64,000 nt of DNA from Nitrososphaeria archaeon (GTDB lineage Archaea > Thermoproteota > Nitrososphaeria > Nitrososphaerales > JAAOZN01): contig JARVJZ010000003.1 of NCBI GenBank assembly GCA_029775855.1, forward strand, positions 32,001 through 96,000, in the 5' to 3' direction. The first letter of the stretch is position 1; the number at the start of each line of letters is the position of its first letter. The translations under genes were made by a program, and so were the position numbers. The notes beneath the pieces were generated by a model. The model ran no database searches and was not told the DNA's origin. It saw nothing but the letters and a program-made list of their open reading frames with translations. This document shows, one piece after another, positions 61,791-64,000 of the stretch.

Positions 61791-62246
61791 CTAACCATAC
61801 TTTGCTAGCTCAGGATTTGATTTAACTAGCTCCTTAAATATTTCACTACTAAGCCTATCAAGCAGACTTCGACCCTTACTCGTCAAAACCCTACCCTTCT
61901 TACCATCCTTAACAACTAACCCTGCGGATTCGAGCTGCTTGAGAATATTTCTAATGTTAGAGCCCCCGCCATCTCTATGGTGAGCTAGAGAATAACCCAC
62001 ACTCTTTCTACCACCATACATAGATTCAAGATCAGCCAAGCCAAGAGGGCCGTGTATGTAGAGTTTTCTGAGTATAGATGCAGCTCTTGTATACCACCAC
62101 TCTCTTTCTGCGGGTGGGCGCTCTGCGTGAGAACCCGTCTTAACCATATAAGACCACATAGGTGGAGATACTTGAGGGAGTCGTCTAAGGTATTCAGCAA
62201 CCCTCTTTATCAGCATATCTTGCGGCACATCGTAGACAGTTGGCAT
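61791..62246 (-). CDS. rps19e: 30S ribosomal protein S19e
   Basis: PTVYDVP, VKTG..ERPP, WWYTRAASILRK and QLE.AGLV. Confidence 0.96.
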   Translation of the reverse strand: MPTVYDVPQDMLIKRVAEYLRRLPQVSPPMWSYMVKTGSHAERPPAEREWWYTRAASILRKLYIHGPLGLADLESMYGGRKSVGYSLAHHRDGGGSNIRNILKQLESAGLVVKDGKKGRVLTSKGRSLLDRLSSEIFKELVKSNPELAKYG

Positions 62247-62307
62247 CTCCTATCAGCTTAACCTAACCCAACCTATAAGCCCTATATATTTCTACTCTAT
62301 CCTTGTG

Positions 62308-62622
62308 TTAAACCTTTACTCTTAAGGGTCGTCTATAGATATGCCCACACATTAAACAAGTCATCTTCAGCATATGTGATCTTCGCGTAAGCCTGACTCT
62401 ACAGTTTAAACCAGGTATAATCAGCTGCTTACAGCCGTGGCAGAAGAAGCGTTTCAAGTAGAAGGGTAGGCGAACATTATACTTTAAAGCGATGCGCCTA
62501 GCTAAAGCAGTCTCCTTTTTTGCGGTCTCATAATCTGTTTTAGCGACTTCTAGGGCTACTTCCATAATCCTTTCGATTCTCTGCCTAGCGAGGTCGGCGA
62601 GAAGGCGCCTAGGAGGCTTCAT
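62308..62622 (-). CDS. rnp4: RNase P protein component 4 (Rpp21)
   Basis: ARQRI, KRFFCHGC..LIIPG.N.RVR and CLMCG. Confidence 0.92.
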   Translation of the reverse strand: MKPPRRLLADLARQRIERIMEVALEVAKTDYETAKKETALARRIALKYNVRLPFYLKRFFCHGCKQLIIPGLNCRVRLTRRSHMLKMTCLMCGHIYRRPLRVKV

Positions 62623-62672
62623 CGACTTGTCTTTAAGGTGTAAGTTTTTAAACTATACTTTCCATTTAATTT

Positions 62673-63338
62673 ATGTTGCTTTATGTAGTTCTAGTTGAAT
62701 CTGCTTTGGAGCTTGTGCCTCAGCAGCTTTGGAGTGAGCGCAGCGTTCTCTCTTCAGCTAAGAACAAGGGTAAGCACCCTAGCCAGATACTCCTTGATAG
62801 AAGCTTACACCACGCCGCTATGCTTAAGCTTAAAGATGGCTTAAGAAGGGGCCGACCAGACCTTGTTCATCAAGCAGTCTTGGCAGTTACAGGCACACCC
62901 GCTTACCTTAAGGGGGAAGTAAAGCTCTACATTCACACATATACTAACCTCGTCTTAGATGTTCTTGAAGGGACTAGGCTGCCTAAATCCTACTTTAGGT
63001 TCCAAGGGTTAATGGAAAAGGTGTTAAGCGGAGAAGAGGGAAGTAGACTGATAAAGGTAAAAGAAATGGGGTTTAAGGAGCTGATTGACCAAGTAAACGC
63101 AGATAGTGTAATAGGTTTCAGCCGCAAAGGCGTCTTAATGAAACCAGAAGAATGGGTAAGTAAGTTTGTGAAAGAAAATTCAATTCTAGCAATCGGGGGA
63201 TTTCCACGAGGCAGCTTTTCTCCAGCAGTCTTAAATCACCTTAACGCAATAATTTCCATACACGAAATGCCGCTTGAATCCCATGTTGTTCTATCTCGGG
63301 TAATATATGATTACGAGCGGTTCAGAAGACAGACATAA
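62673..63338 (+). CDS. nep1: 16S rRNA pseudouridine N1-methyltransferase Nep1/Emg1
   Basis: LLDRSLHH.AM, RGRPDLVH, RLPKSY.RF.GLM and IGGFPRG. Confidence 0.93.
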   Translation: MLLYVVLVESALELVPQQLWSERSVLSSAKNKGKHPSQILLDRSLHHAAMLKLKDGLRRGRPDLVHQAVLAVTGTPAYLKGEVKLYIHTYTNLVLDVLEGTRLPKSYFRFQGLMEKVLSGEEGSRLIKVKEMGFKELIDQVNADSVIGFSRKGVLMKPEEWVSKFVKENSILAIGGFPRGSFSPAVLNHLNAIISIHEMPLESHVVLSRVIYDYERFRRQT

Positions 63339-64000
63339 CCTCTTTAGCGAATACCTCCATAGCTTTCAACCTATCTTTGCCCACAAAATACAATATAATA
63401 TAGGTGAAGCCTCTCATAACCAGCTTATCGATTTTATCAGCACAATGTTTAGGTGAACCAGCTACAACTACATCTAAGTGAGGCGTGCCCAAAAACATCT
63501 TAAGCAGACCTTTATCTATTAAGCAGACACCTGTATATGATTTGACTAATGTAGAGGGTGCTCTTCCAGCAACTCGACAAAAATCATCTAAAGTCTTAAG
63601 GGTTTTATTTAACCCAGCGATCTTAAAACCAAAGTTTGCTATGTCAGCTTTTTCAGCCATCAGTTTGAGCATCTTACGCTTGTTTCCACCTATTAAGATG
63701 GGTGGATGAGGTTGCTGAACAGGCTTGGGCTCACATATAGCATCCTTAACTTTGTAATATTGCCCTTCGAATGTGAAAGAGGTAGTTGTCCATAGCCCTT
63801 TGATAATACTAATAGCTTCCCTAAGCTGGGTTATTCTAACTCCAGCTTTCGGAAAGGGGTAGCCGTATGCTTCGTATTCCTCACGATACCAGCCGGCGCC
63901 TATGCCAAATTCAAGCCTACCTTTCGAAAGCACATCAAGTGTTGAAGCCATCTTCGCCAACAATGCGGGATTTCTATACGAGGAGCAAGAAACCAAGATA
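63322..64000 (-). CDS. luciferase-like (LLM) F420-dependent oxidoreductase, 5' end outside the window
   Basis: YRNPALLAKMASTLD.LS.GRLEFGIGAGW..EY and PKPVQQPHPPILIGG. Confidence 0.9.
   Translation of the reverse strand, partial: ILVSCSSYRNPALLAKMASTLDVLSKGRLEFGIGAGWYREEYEAYGYPFPKAGVRITQLREAISIIKGLWTTTSFTFEGQYYKVKDAICEPKPVQQPHPPILIGGNKRKMLKLMAEKADIANFGFKIAGLNKTLKTLDDFCRVAGRAPSTLVKSYTGVCLIDKGLLKMFLGTPHLDVVVAGSPKHCADKIDKLVMRGFTYIILYFVGKDRLKAMEVFAKEVMSVF

Overview
A 64-kb archaeal chromosomal segment. It most likely comes from a thermophilic TACK lineage related to Nitrososphaerota, based on a GC-rich 16S-23S operon with no tRNA-Ala spacer or linked 5S, egsA, a Sulfolobus-type zinc ferredoxin, a crenarchaeal-type SSB, a divergent FtsZ and frequent TTG starts. 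Most of the window is housekeeping: rRNA operon, ribosomal proteins, tRNA modification, proteasome, glycine cleavage, Acs and transporters. Highlights: (1) a tightly coupled four-gene operon encoding an unannotated 45-aa protein, a short zinc-hook SMC/Rad50-like ATPase with a CTG start, a HerA-like ATPase and a NurA-like nuclease, with no Mre11; (2) a protein with ribophorin-I (RPN1/Ost1)-like architecture; (3) an atypical tRNA-Thr(CGU) between an AT-richer catabolic/ABC island and a decayed integrative element; (4) a strong strand-composition flip centred on the rRNA operon; (5) an MFS-GtrA fusion, a Leu-capped SAMP/MoaD, an unannotated zinc-finger microprotein and a four-way-junction DNA/RNA element. 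All calls come from motif reading by eye; no database searches were run.
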